NCBI GenBank assembly: GCA_965219575.1
Contig: OZ244779.1
Location: 1,100,769-1,164,768, forward strand
Direction of reading: 5' to 3'
From: Candidatus Oxydemutatoraceae bacterium
GTDB lineage: Bacteria > Pseudomonadota > Gammaproteobacteria > Poriferisulfidales > Oxydemutatoraceae
DNA length: 64,000 bases
A program made the position numbers and the translations under genes. This document shows positions 1-10,815 of this stretch, piece by piece. The notes under the pieces were generated by a model. It was not told where the DNA came from and did not search any database. It was given only the letters and a program-made list of their open reading frames with translations. The stretch's first letter is position 1. Every line of letters begins with the position of its first letter.

Positions 1-152
1 GAGGTATTCAGGTATTGGATACCGCGCAGGCCGGCGCATTGATTTTTGATTTTCCGACCGACCGAAACTTCGATTTGCAATCGTATCGCATGCACGAGCA
101 ACGCTATTGGCGCAACCGCCCTAATTCCTTATCGCCGTCGGGCGATAATTAA
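1..152 (+). CDS. 3' end of probable ComEC/Rec2 competence protein (partial)
   Basis: Frame 3 reads GIQVLDTAQAGALIF...EQRYWRNRP..*, resembling the ComEC C-terminal DTA.sGA...rRYW pattern; TAA at 150-152. Confidence 0.5.
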   Translation, partial: GIQVLDTAQAGALIFDFPTDRNFDLQSYRMHEQRYWRNRPNSLSPSGDN

Positions 153-204
153 AAAGTAATTTTTTGTCACCCCAAGTTAAAACTTCATCTCCAAGTTTTG
201 CAAA

Positions 205-580
205 CCACCCGTAGAGGTGGACTTGCATGTCCACCCTTAACTACCGTTCGGTACGAACCCAACCGCTTGCGCCATTTTGTTTTGGTTTCCATAATATTAA
301 TGGGTGAACGCGTTAATCGTGCAAACATGATGTATTTCGGGCGGACATGTTAGTCCGCCCCTACACATGTCGTTTACATTGCGGTTCGGTACGAACCCAA
401 CCGCTTGCGCCATTTTGTTTTGGTTTCCATAAATTGAATGGATGAATGTATAAATCGTGCCGATCAACGCGTTACGGGCAGAACAGAGCCGCCGATTGAG
501 CCAGTAGGTCAATCGGCAATTTTGAAGTCCGCCCCTACAACTTTATGAAATACTTTTTCAACAGCCCCACGGCACAACCA
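205..580. repeat. Mosaic intergenic repeat cluster (inverted REP-A pair, D-filled REP-A, B TIR)
   Basis: REP-A at 211-236, inverted REP-A at 339-364, D-filled REP-A at 476-538, TTTTTCAACAGCCCC ending at 568. Confidence 0.9.
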
Positions 581-660
581 TTCCATGGAAAGGTTATATA
601 TTCTGCCAAACATTACCCAAAATAGCTTATAATACTAGGATTATTCAATAATATCGTTAA

Positions 661-1653
661 ATGACATATTACCGTATCTACTATTTATTCTTGACATCTC
701 TTTTTCTGGGCCTAATCCAGTTGAATTCTTTGTACGCTCAAGAAGAAGAGGATGTTCAGGGTACGACTCAAACCGAAATTCGCCTGTTGCCCGAGGATAT
801 AGGAGACAGTTCCGCAAGTACTAAAAATGAAGCCGAAAAGGCGGATACCGGTGAGCGGGATGTTGCCGAAGAAGAGCCTGTCGGAGAGGACGAGCGCATG
901 GAAAGAGATATTCAAGCCATCATGCGGCGGATGGAGGCTAGAGAAAACCGAGCTAGAAAAGCCAAACTACTCGATTACGATGTAGTTAATCGTTTTCCGC
1001 ATCGTCAGGAGATTTTTACCCAGGGGCTGATAGTAGACGGCGATACATTGATAGCAAGCAGTGGTGGTTACGGCAAGTCGTCGTTGAGTAAGGTGAGCCT
1101 CAAAGACGGCGAAGTGTTGGCGGAAGAAGAATTACCGCCGCATCTTTTTGCCGAAGGTGTTGCGCGTCTCAAAGGCTCTCTTTATCAACTTACCTACAGA
1201 AGAGGAGTGCTGATGGTCTACGATGCGGACACGCTGCAATTGAGCAGTCAACTTCAATATAGTGGTGAGGGTTGGGGGATAACGAGCAACGGTAAAGAAT
1301 TAATTATGAGCGATGGTTCCGATATATTGAAATATATGGACCCTAATAACTTTAAGGAAACCAAGCGCATATCGGTGACCGAGAACGGCCGCCCGCTTAA
1401 ATATCTGAACGAGCTCGAATGGGTAAACGGAAGAATTTATGCCAATGTGTGGTTGCGGAATAAAATCGTCATAATCAATCCTAGAACAGGCGTGGTCACT
1501 TCTTATCTGGACCTCAAGGAATTATTGGACGAAGTGAGAGCCGAAACGAAGACCGGTGTCTTGAACGGCATCGCTTACGATAAAAAAGGTAAAAGACTTT
1601 ATGTGACCGGAAAGAACTGGCCTACCTTGTTCGAGATTGAAATTGACTCTTGA
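661..1653 (+). CDS. Glutaminyl-peptide cyclotransferase (bacterial/plant beta-propeller type) with signal peptide and acidic linker
   Basis: Motifs FTQGL, FAEG, GEGWG, SDGS, LNELE, ANVW, LNGIA, VTGKNWP. Confidence 0.85.
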   Translation: MTYYRIYYLFLTSLFLGLIQLNSLYAQEEEDVQGTTQTEIRLLPEDIGDSSASTKNEAEKADTGERDVAEEEPVGEDERMERDIQAIMRRMEARENRARKAKLLDYDVVNRFPHRQEIFTQGLIVDGDTLIASSGGYGKSSLSKVSLKDGEVLAEEELPPHLFAEGVARLKGSLYQLTYRRGVLMVYDADTLQLSSQLQYSGEGWGITSNGKELIMSDGSDILKYMDPNNFKETKRISVTENGRPLKYLNELEWVNGRIYANVWLRNKIVIINPRTGVVTSYLDLKELLDEVRAETKTGVLNGIAYDKKGKRLYVTGKNWPTLFEIEIDS

Positions 1654-1693
1654 AGTAAGGCCGCATAATCACCCTTGCGTGTCTTAAATAACC

Positions 1694-4234
1694 ATGCCCG
1701 ATTTTGCCAAAGAAATTCTTCCGGTTAGTTTAGAAGCCGAGATGCGTAAATCCTATTTGGATTACGCAATGAGTGTGATTATAGGCCGTGCTTTGCCCGA
1801 TATTTGCGACGGTTTGAAACCGGTACATAGACGCGTACTCTATGCGATGCACGAACTTCATAACGATTGGAACAAAGCGTATAAGAAATCGGCACGCATC
1901 GTCGGTGATGTGATAGGTAAGTATCACCCGCACGGCGATAATGCGGTATACGATACCATAGTACGGATGGCACAAACCTTCTCTTTGCGCTATCCGTTGA
2001 TAGACGGACAAGGTAATTTCGGTTCTATAGACGGTGATGCTCCTGCGGCGATGCGCTATACCGAGGTCCGGCTTGCGAAAATAGCACACGAACTGCTTGC
2101 CGACATAGATAAGGAAACGGTCGATTTCATTCCCAATTACGATAATTCCGAGAAAGAACCCGTAGTCTTGCCTTCGCGGGTGCCGAATTTGCTGGTCAAC
2201 GGTTCTGCAGGCATTGCAGTCGGTATGGCGACGAATATCCCGACCCATAATTTGGGTGAGGTAATCGATGCCGTTTTGGCACTTGCGAAGAACCCGGATA
2301 TATCGATAGACGATTTGATTCGCTACATTCCGGGACCGGATTTTCCGACCGCCGCCATTATCAACGGGCGCGAGGGGTTGCACGAAGCCTATCGTAGTGG
2401 GCGTGGACGCGCAGTGATGCGTGCCAAGTGCAAAATAGAACCCATAAAAAAAGGAGAGCACGAGCGTATTATCATCGAAGAACTGCCGTATGCGGTCAAT
2501 AAAGCACAGTTGCTCGAGAAAATTGCCGATTTGGTCAAAGAAAAACGAATTGAGGGTATTTCCGAATTACGCGACGAGACCGACAAGGAAGGCATGCGCG
2601 TCGTTATAGAATTAAAGCGTAGAGAGAACAGCGAAATCATACTCAATAATCTGTACAAACATACCAAGATGCAATCGACATTCAGCATCAACATGGTTGC
2701 GCTACAGCAAGGTCAGCCGAAGCTATTTAACCTCAAGGAAATTCTAGAGGCCTTTCTGCGGCATCGCCGTGATGTTGTCACCAAACGCACCGTGTTTGAA
2801 TTACGCAAAGCCAAGGACAAAGCACATCTTTTGGAAGGGTTGGCGGTTGCGCTTGCCAATATAGACGAAGTGATTGCGCTGATAAAAAGTTCGCAGACAT
2901 CGGCCGATGCCAAACGTGCGCTCAGCGGGCGGGCGTGGAAACCGGGGGCGGTTATGCAGCTCATGGAGAAAGCCGATGCGGTGATATCCAAACCGGACAC
3001 TCTGCCTGCCGAATTCGGCTTACACGAAGACGGTTATCATTTATCCGAACAGCAAGCGCAAGCGATACTAGACCTGAAACTTCATCGCTTGACCGCATTG
3101 GAGCAGGACAAAATAGTCTCCGATTACGAGGAGCTTATTGCATTGATATTGGATCTACTCGAAATACTCTCCAACCCCGATCGTTTGATGAAGGTGATTT
3201 GCGACGAGTTAAAGAATATCAAGAAGCACTACGGCGACGAGCGCAAGACCAAGATAGTAGACCAATCGGTTGACATAGACGAGGAAGATCTGATTACCGA
3301 AGAGGATATGATGTTGACGATATCGCACGCCGGCTATGCCAAAATACAACCGCCCGATCATTATCGCGCCCAGCGCAGAGGCGGCAGAGGAAAGACGGCA
3401 ACCGCCGTCAAAGAAGAAGATTTCATAGAAATGATGTTCGTTGCGAGTACGCACGACACCCTATTATGTTTTTCCAACCTAGGACAACTCTATTGGATCA
3501 AGGTTTATAAATTACCCCGAGCCGGACGCACCGCCAGAGGCAAACCCTTGGTCAATCTGCTCAAACTCGGTGAGGACGAGCGTATCACTACGATACTACC
3601 GATAAAGTCTTATGCAGAAGGTTTGTATATTACGATGGCAACCGAGAGAGGAATCGTCAAACGCACGCCGTTGACGGCATTTTCCAGACCGCGCAGCAAC
3701 GGTATCAGGGCGATCAATCTGAAAGCAGGCGACAAAATGATAGGTGCGGTGTTAACCGACGGTGCGAGAGAAATCATGCTGTTCAGCGATGTGGGGCGTG
3801 CGGTTCGCTTTAAGGAATCCGACATACGCTCGATGGGTAGAATAGCCCGTGGTGTCATAGGAATGCGACTGCCCGAGGGTGCGAAGATTATTTCTTTGAT
3901 TTGTTTATCGGAAAGAGATGAGGGAAAAGTTAAAATTTTGGTCGCAACCGAAAACGGCTACGGCAAGCGAACCTATGCAAAAGAGTTTTCTACCAAGCGG
4001 CGCGGTTGTATGGGAACGATTTCTATAAAAACCAGCGAGCGCAACGGCAAAGTAATAGGTGCGCTACCCTTTGCCGATGTCGACGAAATCATGTTGATTA
4101 CCGATAAAGGCGTGCTGGTTCGCACCCGAGTGTCTACCATCTCTACCGTAAGCCGTAATACGCAAGGTGTCAGGCTGATACGGCTCGACAACAATGCAAA
4201 GCTATCGGAAATAGTGCGCATAGATAAGGAATGA
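1694..4234 (+). CDS. gyrA: DNA gyrase subunit A
   Basis: [24 protein letters not shown], GyrA box QRRGGRG. Confidence 0.98.
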   Translation: MPDFAKEILPVSLEAEMRKSYLDYAMSVIIGRALPDICDGLKPVHRRVLYAMHELHNDWNKAYKKSARIVGDVIGKYHPHGDNAVYDTIVRMAQTFSLRYPLIDGQGNFGSIDGDAPAAMRYTEVRLAKIAHELLADIDKETVDFIPNYDNSEKEPVVLPSRVPNLLVNGSAGIAVGMATNIPTHNLGEVIDAVLALAKNPDISIDDLIRYIPGPDFPTAAIINGREGLHEAYRSGRGRAVMRAKCKIEPIKKGEHERIIIEELPYAVNKAQLLEKIADLVKEKRIEGISELRDETDKEGMRVVIELKRRENSEIILNNLYKHTKMQSTFSINMVALQQGQPKLFNLKEILEAFLRHRRDVVTKRTVFELRKAKDKAHLLEGLAVALANIDEVIALIKSSQTSADAKRALSGRAWKPGAVMQLMEKADAVISKPDTLPAEFGLHEDGYHLSEQQAQAILDLKLHRLTALEQDKIVSDYEELIALILDLLEILSNPDRLMKVICDELKNIKKHYGDERKTKIVDQSVDIDEEDLITEEDMMLTISHAGYAKIQPPDHYRAQRRGGRGKTATAVKEEDFIEMMFVASTHDTLLCFSNLGQLYWIKVYKLPRAGRTARGKPLVNLLKLGEDERITTILPIKSYAEGLYITMATERGIVKRTPLTAFSRPRSNGIRAINLKAGDKMIGAVLTDGAREIMLFSDVGRAVRFKESDIRSMGRIARGVIGMRLPEGAKIISLICLSERDEGKVKILVATENGYGKRTYAKEFSTKRRGCMGTISIKTSERNGKVIGALPFADVDEIMLITDKGVLVRTRVSTISTVSRNTQGVRLIRLDNNAKLSEIVRIDKE

Positions 4235-4261
4235 TCGTCGCTTAGCGCAAAGCTCGAACTT

Positions 4262-4591
4262 GGGATTGTTGAAAAATACCGTTTTGCATGAATAATGTGT
4301 TTACCGACCAAATTTATGCTTACCCACCGTAGGGGCAGACTAGCATGTCTGCCCTTAAGTATCGTTTTGCACAACACCAACCGCTCTGCGCCGACAAATA
4401 ATGGTTTCCATAAATTAATGGGTAAACGCGTTAATTGTGCAAACATGATGCGTTTCGGGCGGACATCATTAAATTGCCGATTGACCTACCGGCTCAATCG
4501 GCGGCTTTATACTGCCCCTACAGGTGGTCTGGGTAATTATATGGCGCAAGCGGTTAGATTTGTGCGATGCCAGTACTTTTTCAACAGTCGA
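4262..4591. repeat. Mosaic repeat cluster bounded by degenerate B TIRs
   Basis: GGGATTGTTGAAAAA...TTTTTCAACAG enclosing a REP-A and a D-filled REP-A (4457-4521). Confidence 0.85.
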
Positions 4592-4613
4592 GCCCAAGCA
4601 ACACGCAATCTAT

Positions 4614-5693
4614 ATGCCGCTTTATAATTTTTCCCCCGGCCCTGCGGTTTTACCTCAAGTCGTAGTGGAAAAATCCCGACAACTCGTTTGCGAAAGGCAT
4701 CCGGTGCCACTCCTAGAGATAGGGCATAGAACCGCTTATATCGACGAGGTCGTTCAAAGCATGCGCGATAGGCTACGCAGGCTATTGGATATCCCCGATG
4801 ACTACGAGGTATTATTTTCGTCGAGCGGCACCCGTGCCCAATACGCGGCGGTGGCGATGAACCTCGCCCACGATAAGCGTGTCGATTATTTCAATACCGG
4901 TTATTGGTCGGAGTACGCCGTTGCCGAAGCTAAAAAGTATATTCCCGATAACAAGCTCAAAATCGTCGCTTCAGTCTCCGAACAGCCACCGTTGTCCTTA
5001 GCCGCCCCCGAAGCGTGGCAGCTCGGCGAAGCGGCGGCGTATCGTCATTATGTTTCAAACGAAACGCTTACCGGGTTTGAATTTTTTGCCGAAGCGCATA
5101 TAGACGACGGTAGCTTGGTAGCCGATATGACATCCAATTTTCTAACCCGCACGATCGACATACGCTCGCATCGGATGATATACGCCGGCGCACAAAAGAA
5201 TGCCGGTGTCGGCGGCTTGGTTTATATCGTCATCGCACGCGAAGCCTTATCGGCACTGCCTCATCCCTCAACTCCGGCGTTATACGACTATAATAAATTG
5301 TATGAAACAAACTCCAGACCGACTACACCGCCGGTTTTTTCGTGGTTGGTTGCGAATCTGATGTTGGAATGGATAGAGGCGCAAGGCGGTGTGGTGGAAA
5401 TGCAAAAGCGATGCCGGCAACGCTCGGCTTTGATATACGATTGCATAGACGGCTCTTCAGTTTATACAAATCCTATTGCTAAGCGATATCGTTCTCGGGT
5501 CAATGTATTATTCAATTTGCCGACGAGTGCGCTCGAGCAGCAATTTATAGGTCAAGCGGAGCAACACGGTTTGTGGGGGTTGAAAGGGCATAGCCATACC
5601 GGCGGTATACGCGCAAGCCTGTATAATGGAATGCCGATTTCGGGAGCCCGAACCTTAGTGGAATTTATGAGAGATTTTGAACGCAAAATTTAA
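4614..5693 (+). CDS. serC: Phosphoserine aminotransferase
   Basis: YNFSPGPAVLP, YAGAQKN (PLP Lys), LKGH..GGIRASLYN; ATG 4614 preferred because the longer ORF starts inside repeats. Confidence 0.95.
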   Translation: MPLYNFSPGPAVLPQVVVEKSRQLVCERHPVPLLEIGHRTAYIDEVVQSMRDRLRRLLDIPDDYEVLFSSSGTRAQYAAVAMNLAHDKRVDYFNTGYWSEYAVAEAKKYIPDNKLKIVASVSEQPPLSLAAPEAWQLGEAAAYRHYVSNETLTGFEFFAEAHIDDGSLVADMTSNFLTRTIDIRSHRMIYAGAQKNAGVGGLVYIVIAREALSALPHPSTPALYDYNKLYETNSRPTTPPVFSWLVANLMLEWIEAQGGVVEMQKRCRQRSALIYDCIDGSSVYTNPIAKRYRSRVNVLFNLPTSALEQQFIGQAEQHGLWGLKGHSHTGGIRASLYNGMPISGARTLVEFMRDFERKI

Positions 5694-5708
5694 AAGGCAA
5701 GCAGTGTA

Positions 5709-6788
5709 ATGAAAGACGACGAGATAGAGAAACTACGAGCACGGATAGACGCAGTGGATGCGCATATACTAAAGCTACTCGGCGAGCGCGCACAACATGC
5801 GATAGACATAGGACATGCAAAGCAAAGGGAAGATAAAGACACCTGCACCTATCGTCCCGACCGAGAGGCGGCGCATTTAAGAGAGCTACTATCGCAGAAT
5901 CCGGGACCGTTGCCCGATGCCACCTTGTCGATGCTGTTCAGAGAAATCATATCGGCGTGTAGGGCACTCGAAAAAAAACTCACCGTTGTTTTTTTAGGTC
6001 CTGCCGCAACCTATACCGAACAAGCCGTGTTTAAGCATTTCGGACATGCCGTCTCGTTGGAATCGTGTGCGACGATAGAAGAGGTATTTCAATATATCTC
6101 GGCGAACCGGGCCTATTACGGTGTGGTGCCGATAGAAAATTCCAGTGAAGGTAGCGTGAGCAACACTTTGGATTGCTTCATGGAGACCGATGTAAAAATA
6201 GTCGGCGAGGTGGAATTGCGCATCAACCACTGCTTGCTCGGCAACCGAAGCCGTATCGAGGATATAGCAAAAGTCTACGGACATTCTCAATCTCTTGCCC
6301 AGTGCCGCTACTGGCTTAATACCTATCTGCCCGACAGCATGCAGGTCAACGCCGAGAGTAGCACCCAAGCCATTCGCCAACTCGAGCGAGACCCCGATGC
6401 GGCGGCGATTGCGAGTGCCCACGCAGCGGAGTTATATCAACTCAACATCCTAGCCGAAGACATAGAAGACAATGTACAAAACACGACGCGCTTTTTGATT
6501 TTGGGTAATCAATATCCGCAACCCAGTGGTCGCGACAAGACCAGCGTTCTGGTATCGACCGAAAATCATTCGGGGACGCTTGTCGGTTTGTTGCAGATAC
6601 TCGCCGACCAAGGTGTCAGTTTGACGCGTATAGAATCGCGTCCGTCGCGACGCATCAAATGGGAATATGCTTTTTTTCTGGACATGGAAGGACACTGCGA
6701 AGAGCCGCACATCAAAAAAGGGCTTGCCGAACTTCGGGCACAAGCCGCATTTTATAAATTATTAGGCTCTTATCCGTGTGCCGAATAA
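5709..6788 (+). CDS. pheA: Chorismate mutase/prephenate dehydratase (P-protein)
   Basis: CM N-terminus LRARIDAVD; VVPIENSSEG, NTTRF, IESRPS. Confidence 0.96.
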   Translation: MKDDEIEKLRARIDAVDAHILKLLGERAQHAIDIGHAKQREDKDTCTYRPDREAAHLRELLSQNPGPLPDATLSMLFREIISACRALEKKLTVVFLGPAATYTEQAVFKHFGHAVSLESCATIEEVFQYISANRAYYGVVPIENSSEGSVSNTLDCFMETDVKIVGEVELRINHCLLGNRSRIEDIAKVYGHSQSLAQCRYWLNTYLPDSMQVNAESSTQAIRQLERDPDAAAIASAHAAELYQLNILAEDIEDNVQNTTRFLILGNQYPQPSGRDKTSVLVSTENHSGTLVGLLQILADQGVSLTRIESRPSRRIKWEYAFFLDMEGHCEEPHIKKGLAELRAQAAFYKLLGSYPCAE

Positions 6789-7282
6789 TAGAATTTACGC
6801 CGCAAATGGCGCAATACCGCGTAGACCCAAAGCCATGCGAACATACCGGTGGCAACCGAATATAACTTTTTCCAACTGCCTTCGGGTGCGTCGCGTATAC
6901 CTTCAATCCATAGACTAACAAGTATATAAAGACCGAGTACCATGGCGATAAACAACATTTGTTGTGGGATATAAAAGCGTAATCGCTTATAAAGTAAAAT
7001 TGCCGCATAAGCGATTAAAGTATAAAGCAGTGCATTTTGCCCCAGCCAAGTACCCGATATAAAATCGACCAATAATCCGGTAAACCATGCAAATTTGATG
7101 TTGAATCGGTAGGGCAGGGCGAGTACCCAATAAATAACGGCGAGCATAGTCCAACTAGGCCAATAAAAATATCCCCACTGCGGCAACGGCAGCGCATCCA
7201 TCGTTAGAGCAAAGAATATGCTCCCCCATACGAGCATGTATTGGCGTCGTATGAATTTTGTTTTTTCTTTAAGTGTCTTCAT
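6770..7282 (-). CDS. mreD: Rod shape-determining protein MreD
   Basis: Membrane protein with P.W..L..IYW, GLLVD...G..LG motifs; follows mreC. Confidence 0.9.
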   Translation of the reverse strand: MKTLKEKTKFIRRQYMLVWGSIFFALTMDALPLPQWGYFYWPSWTMLAVIYWVLALPYRFNIKFAWFTGLLVDFISGTWLGQNALLYTLIAYAAILLYKRLRFYIPQQMLFIAMVLGLYILVSLWIEGIRDAPEGSWKKLYSVATGMFAWLWVYAVLRHLRRKFYYSAHG

Positions 7283-8117
7283 CGGCGTGCGTTATTTTTC
7301 CGGTGGGCCAAACGAGTAGCATCTCTAGGTTGTGGTTGAGTTTGGCATTCGGTTTGATGTAAATCGTAGAGAAACTGTTTCCTGCCGGTTTTTCTATACT
7401 CAGTACCGTTCCTACCGGGTAGCCGTAAGGATATTTATGATCTAGTCCCGAACTAACGATTTGATCTCCGATTTTGATATCTGCGGTTGTCGGTACATAA
7501 AGCAATTGTAGTCGCTCTGCATTGCCGATGCCGCGCACGACCACTCGCAAACTGGAACGTTCGATTTCTCCCATCACCGTGAAACCCGGACTGGAGATCA
7601 ATATCACCGTTGCGCTAATCGGGGTCAATTTCCCGACTTGTCCGATAATACCGTTTATGCCCAACACCGGCTGCCCTACATAGACACCGTCCGAACTGCC
7701 TTTGTCGATAATAATCTTCTGTTCTATTGAAGAGGAATATACTCCGATCAGTTTGACCACCGTAAAATTTTTATCGTCGTTGCTTTCGAGTAGGTTTAAT
7801 AAATTTCGTAAATGATTGTTTCTGTGTTTGAGTGCCGACATTTCGGACAATTCGGCAAGAAGTCTGACATTTTCGTCTTGCAGTCGGTTTTTTTTGTCCA
7901 ACAATTCCGAGCGCTCCTGTAAGTAATCGTATGTCAGAAGTGTGGTGGCATAAGGTAGATTTGCAATATAGCGGATTGCGTAGCCGAACATGTCTGCGTG
8001 GTATCGCACCCTATCCAAATAGCTAAATCGGTAATCGGTTATTATCAATACGATAGATAAAGCTATAAAGAGAATCAGCTTGGAAGTGAGATTGCGAGGA
8101 CTGAATAATTCTTTAAT
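7269..8117 (-). CDS. mreC: Rod shape-determining protein MreC (probable ATT start at 8117)
   Basis: IIIDKGSSDGV, SSGLD..YP.GYPVG; the N-terminal TM helix continues upstream of TTG 8048 to ATT 8117. Confidence 0.9.
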   Translation of the reverse strand: MKELFSPRNLTSKLILFIALSIVLIITDYRFSYLDRVRYHADMFGYAIRYIANLPYATTLLTYDYLQERSELLDKKNRLQDENVRLLAELSEMSALKHRNNHLRNLLNLLESNDDKNFTVVKLIGVYSSSIEQKIIIDKGSSDGVYVGQPVLGINGIIGQVGKLTPISATVILISSPGFTVMGEIERSSLRVVVRGIGNAERLQLLYVPTTADIKIGDQIVSSGLDHKYPYGYPVGTVLSIEKPAGNSFSTIYIKPNAKLNHNLEMLLVWPTGKITHADEDT

Positions 8118-8134
8118 CTTTAGATGCTCCGACT

Positions 8135-9178
8135 TTATTCTTCATAGAGGAAAGTGACTTTCTTTTCGTCTAATAATTCCAGTGCTTTTCCTCCTCCTTG
8201 GGCGACGCAAGTTAGGGGTTCGTCGGCGATGACCGCAGGGATGGTCGTTTCTTGATTAATCAAGACATCCAAGTTTTTCAATAAAGCACCGCCGCCGGTC
8301 AAGACGATGCCGCGCTCGGCTATATCGGAACTTAATTCCGGTGGTGTTTCATCGAGTGCTTTTTTGACCGCCAAGATGATGTTGTTCAGTGTTTCTTTCA
8401 TTGCGTCGTAGATTTCGTTGCTACTGACGGTGATGTTTTTCGGGATACCGCCGGCAACCTCGCGAGCGTGAATCTCGGTTTCTATAATTTCCGCAGCCGG
8501 GTAAGCGGTACCGATAGAACTTTTCACTCGTTCTGCGGTTGCCTCGCCGATCATCACACCGTATTGGCGACGCATATAGTCTATAATTGCCTCGTCCAGC
8601 TTATCACCCCCGAATCTGACCGAAGCCGAATAAACGATGCCGTTTAGCGATAACACTGCGACCTCGGATGTGCCACCGCCGATATCCAAAATCATCGAAC
8701 CTTGGGCTTCGCTAATCGGGAGGTTCGCCCCTATCGCAGCAGCGATGGGTTCCTCTATTAAATAGACTTTGCTCGCACCGGCACCAAGTGCCGATTCCCG
8801 AATTGCGCGTCTTTCAACTTGGGTTGCACCGCACGGAACGCAGATAAGAACTCGACCGCTCGATTTAAGCAATTTACCTTTATGGACTTTGTGTATAAAC
8901 ATTTGAAGCATTTTTTCGGTCGTCGTGAAGTCGGCTATCACGCCGTCTTTCAGCGGTCTGATGACTTTTATATTGGAGGGTGTTTTGCCGAGCATTTCCT
9001 TGGCGGTGCGTCCGGCAGCCTCGACGCTCACCGTAGAGCCGTGGCTGTTGATGCGCGTTGCAACCACCGACGGTTCGTCGAGCACGATACCTTGACCCTT
9101 CATACAAATCAGCGTATTTGCGGTGCCTAAATCTATGGATAAATCATCCGAAAAAAGAGAAAAAATTCTTTTGAGCAT
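8135..9178 (-). CDS. mreB: Rod shape-determining protein MreB
   Basis: [33 protein letters not shown]. Confidence 0.98.
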   Translation of the reverse strand: MLKRIFSLFSDDLSIDLGTANTLICMKGQGIVLDEPSVVATRINSHGSTVSVEAAGRTAKEMLGKTPSNIKVIRPLKDGVIADFTTTEKMLQMFIHKVHKGKLLKSSGRVLICVPCGATQVERRAIRESALGAGASKVYLIEEPIAAAIGANLPISEAQGSMILDIGGGTSEVAVLSLNGIVYSASVRFGGDKLDEAIIDYMRRQYGVMIGEATAERVKSSIGTAYPAAEIIETEIHAREVAGGIPKNITVSSNEIYDAMKETLNNIILAVKKALDETPPELSSDIAERGIVLTGGGALLKNLDVLINQETTIPAVIADEPLTCVAQGGGKALELLDEKKVTFLYEE

Positions 9179-9215
9179 GGTCTTTTATATTTGTCAGTAT
9201 AATGTGGAAGCATAG

Positions 9216-9832
9216 TATCATTACATCCATAATTAAACAAGGATAAAATTATTATATCCACCAAAGCTCAACCGTCTTTGCAAAAATTTCCACGAACCGT
9301 AGGGGCGGACATCAAAATTGCCGATTGACCTACTGGCTCAATCGGCGGCTCTGTTCTGCCCGTAGCGCGTTGGTCGGCACGATTTATACATTCATCCACC
9401 CGATTTATGGAAACCAAAACCATACGGCGCAAGCGGTTGCAATTGTGCGAAACGGCACTTTTTCAACAGCCCCACATTTCTACTTTGGGTTGACACATAT
9501 TTCTCTATCATTACATCCATAATTAAACAAGGATAAAATTATTATATCCGCCCAAGCCCAACCGTCTTTGCAAAAATTTCCACGAACCGTAGGGGCGGAC
9601 TAACATGTCCGCCCGTAGCGCGTTGGTCGGCACGATTTATACATTCATCCACCCGATTTATGGAAACCAAAACCATACGGGCAAGCGGTTGCAATTGTGC
9701 GAAACGGCACTTTTTCAACAGCCCCACATTTCTACTTTGGGTTGACACATATTTCTCTATCATTACATCTATAATTAAACAAGGATAAAATTATTATATC
9801 CGCCCAAGCCCAACCGTCTTTGCAAAAATTTC
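9216..9832. repeat. Tandem duplication (290 bp + 252 bp + partial) of a mosaic repeat unit
   Basis: TATCATTACATC.ATAATTAAACAAGG begins at 9216, 9506 and 9758; each full unit has REP-A, a B TIR and a 22-bp IS1202 end. Confidence 0.92.
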
Positions 9833-9904
9833 TTATAAAAAGATGTCGCGTGCTTCAATAGGACCGGCAACAGGCTATAATATGCCCGAAGGAATATTGA
9901 AAAT

Positions 9905-10780
9905 ATGGAAATTCAAGTAAAAGCAATAGTATCCAAAATAATACTCGTTTCTCTTTTTATAGTGTCCGTATTACCGTTATCGGGTTGCGGGGATAGCATT
10001 TTTGAGGCGATTGCATTTGCGCCGGCGAGGCAACTGGCGGACGATGTATCGGTGTGTCGATATTTTAATCGGGTCGAAGACCGAAATTGCGAGGATACCG
10101 AATTCGAAGAATTATTTTTTCAGTCGCTCGACCCCAAGGTCAGATTGCACGCATTATTCTTCCCTAATCCCGATACGCGCAAACTCGTCGTCTATTTCCA
10201 CGGCAACGGCGCGCATATTTATTGGCGTTTGTCGCATAGCCTAAAATTGGCCGAACTTGCCAATGTTTTTATCGTGAGTTATAGAGGCTATAGTAAAAGT
10301 AGCGGAGAACCCTCCGAGGCGGGTGTTTATGAAGATGCGATTGCTACATTAAAATACACATCCGAACAGCTGGGTTTTGCGACTACACAGACTTATATCT
10401 TCGGGCGATCCTTGGGGAGTGCGGTGGCGATAGGGGCTTTGGACAGCTTGGTATCCGATAACGATTACGGCGGCTTGATTTTAGTTTCCCCGTTTTATAG
10501 CGGCTTAAGAATGGCCGAAGACAAAGGTTTGGGCTGGGTTCCGGGGTTGAACAATCCCTTTGACTCGGCATCTAAAGTTCGTAATTTCACTATGCCGTTG
10601 CTCGTTATACACGGCACCGAGGATAACATTATTCCATTCGAACACGGCTATGATTTATATCGACAATATCCGGTAGACGACAAGGTGTTTCGGACGGTAC
10701 ACGGTGTCGGGCACCACGGCATCAGTCGCCGCGCCGGCGAAGACTACTGGCGATGGATCGGCGATCTAGTCGCACGATAA
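9905..10780 (+). CDS. Alpha/beta hydrolase (ABHD13/Bem46-like), putative lipoprotein
   Basis: LSGC lipobox, FHGNG, YRGY..S.G.PSE, GRSLG, HGTED, GH. Confidence 0.85.
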   Translation: MEIQVKAIVSKIILVSLFIVSVLPLSGCGDSIFEAIAFAPARQLADDVSVCRYFNRVEDRNCEDTEFEELFFQSLDPKVRLHALFFPNPDTRKLVVYFHGNGAHIYWRLSHSLKLAELANVFIVSYRGYSKSSGEPSEAGVYEDAIATLKYTSEQLGFATTQTYIFGRSLGSAVAIGALDSLVSDNDYGGLILVSPFYSGLRMAEDKGLGWVPGLNNPFDSASKVRNFTMPLLVIHGTEDNIIPFEHGYDLYRQYPVDDKVFRTVHGVGHHGISRRAGEDYWRWIGDLVAR

Positions 10781-10815
10781 ATATCCAAAATTTCACTAAT
10801 TAAAAGGAGCTTGTC

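Noticed and set aside
9490-9775. Hybrid promoter from the IS-end TTGACA
   Set aside because: No acceptable -10 element 16-18 bp downstream at 9490, 9742, 19330 or 61183
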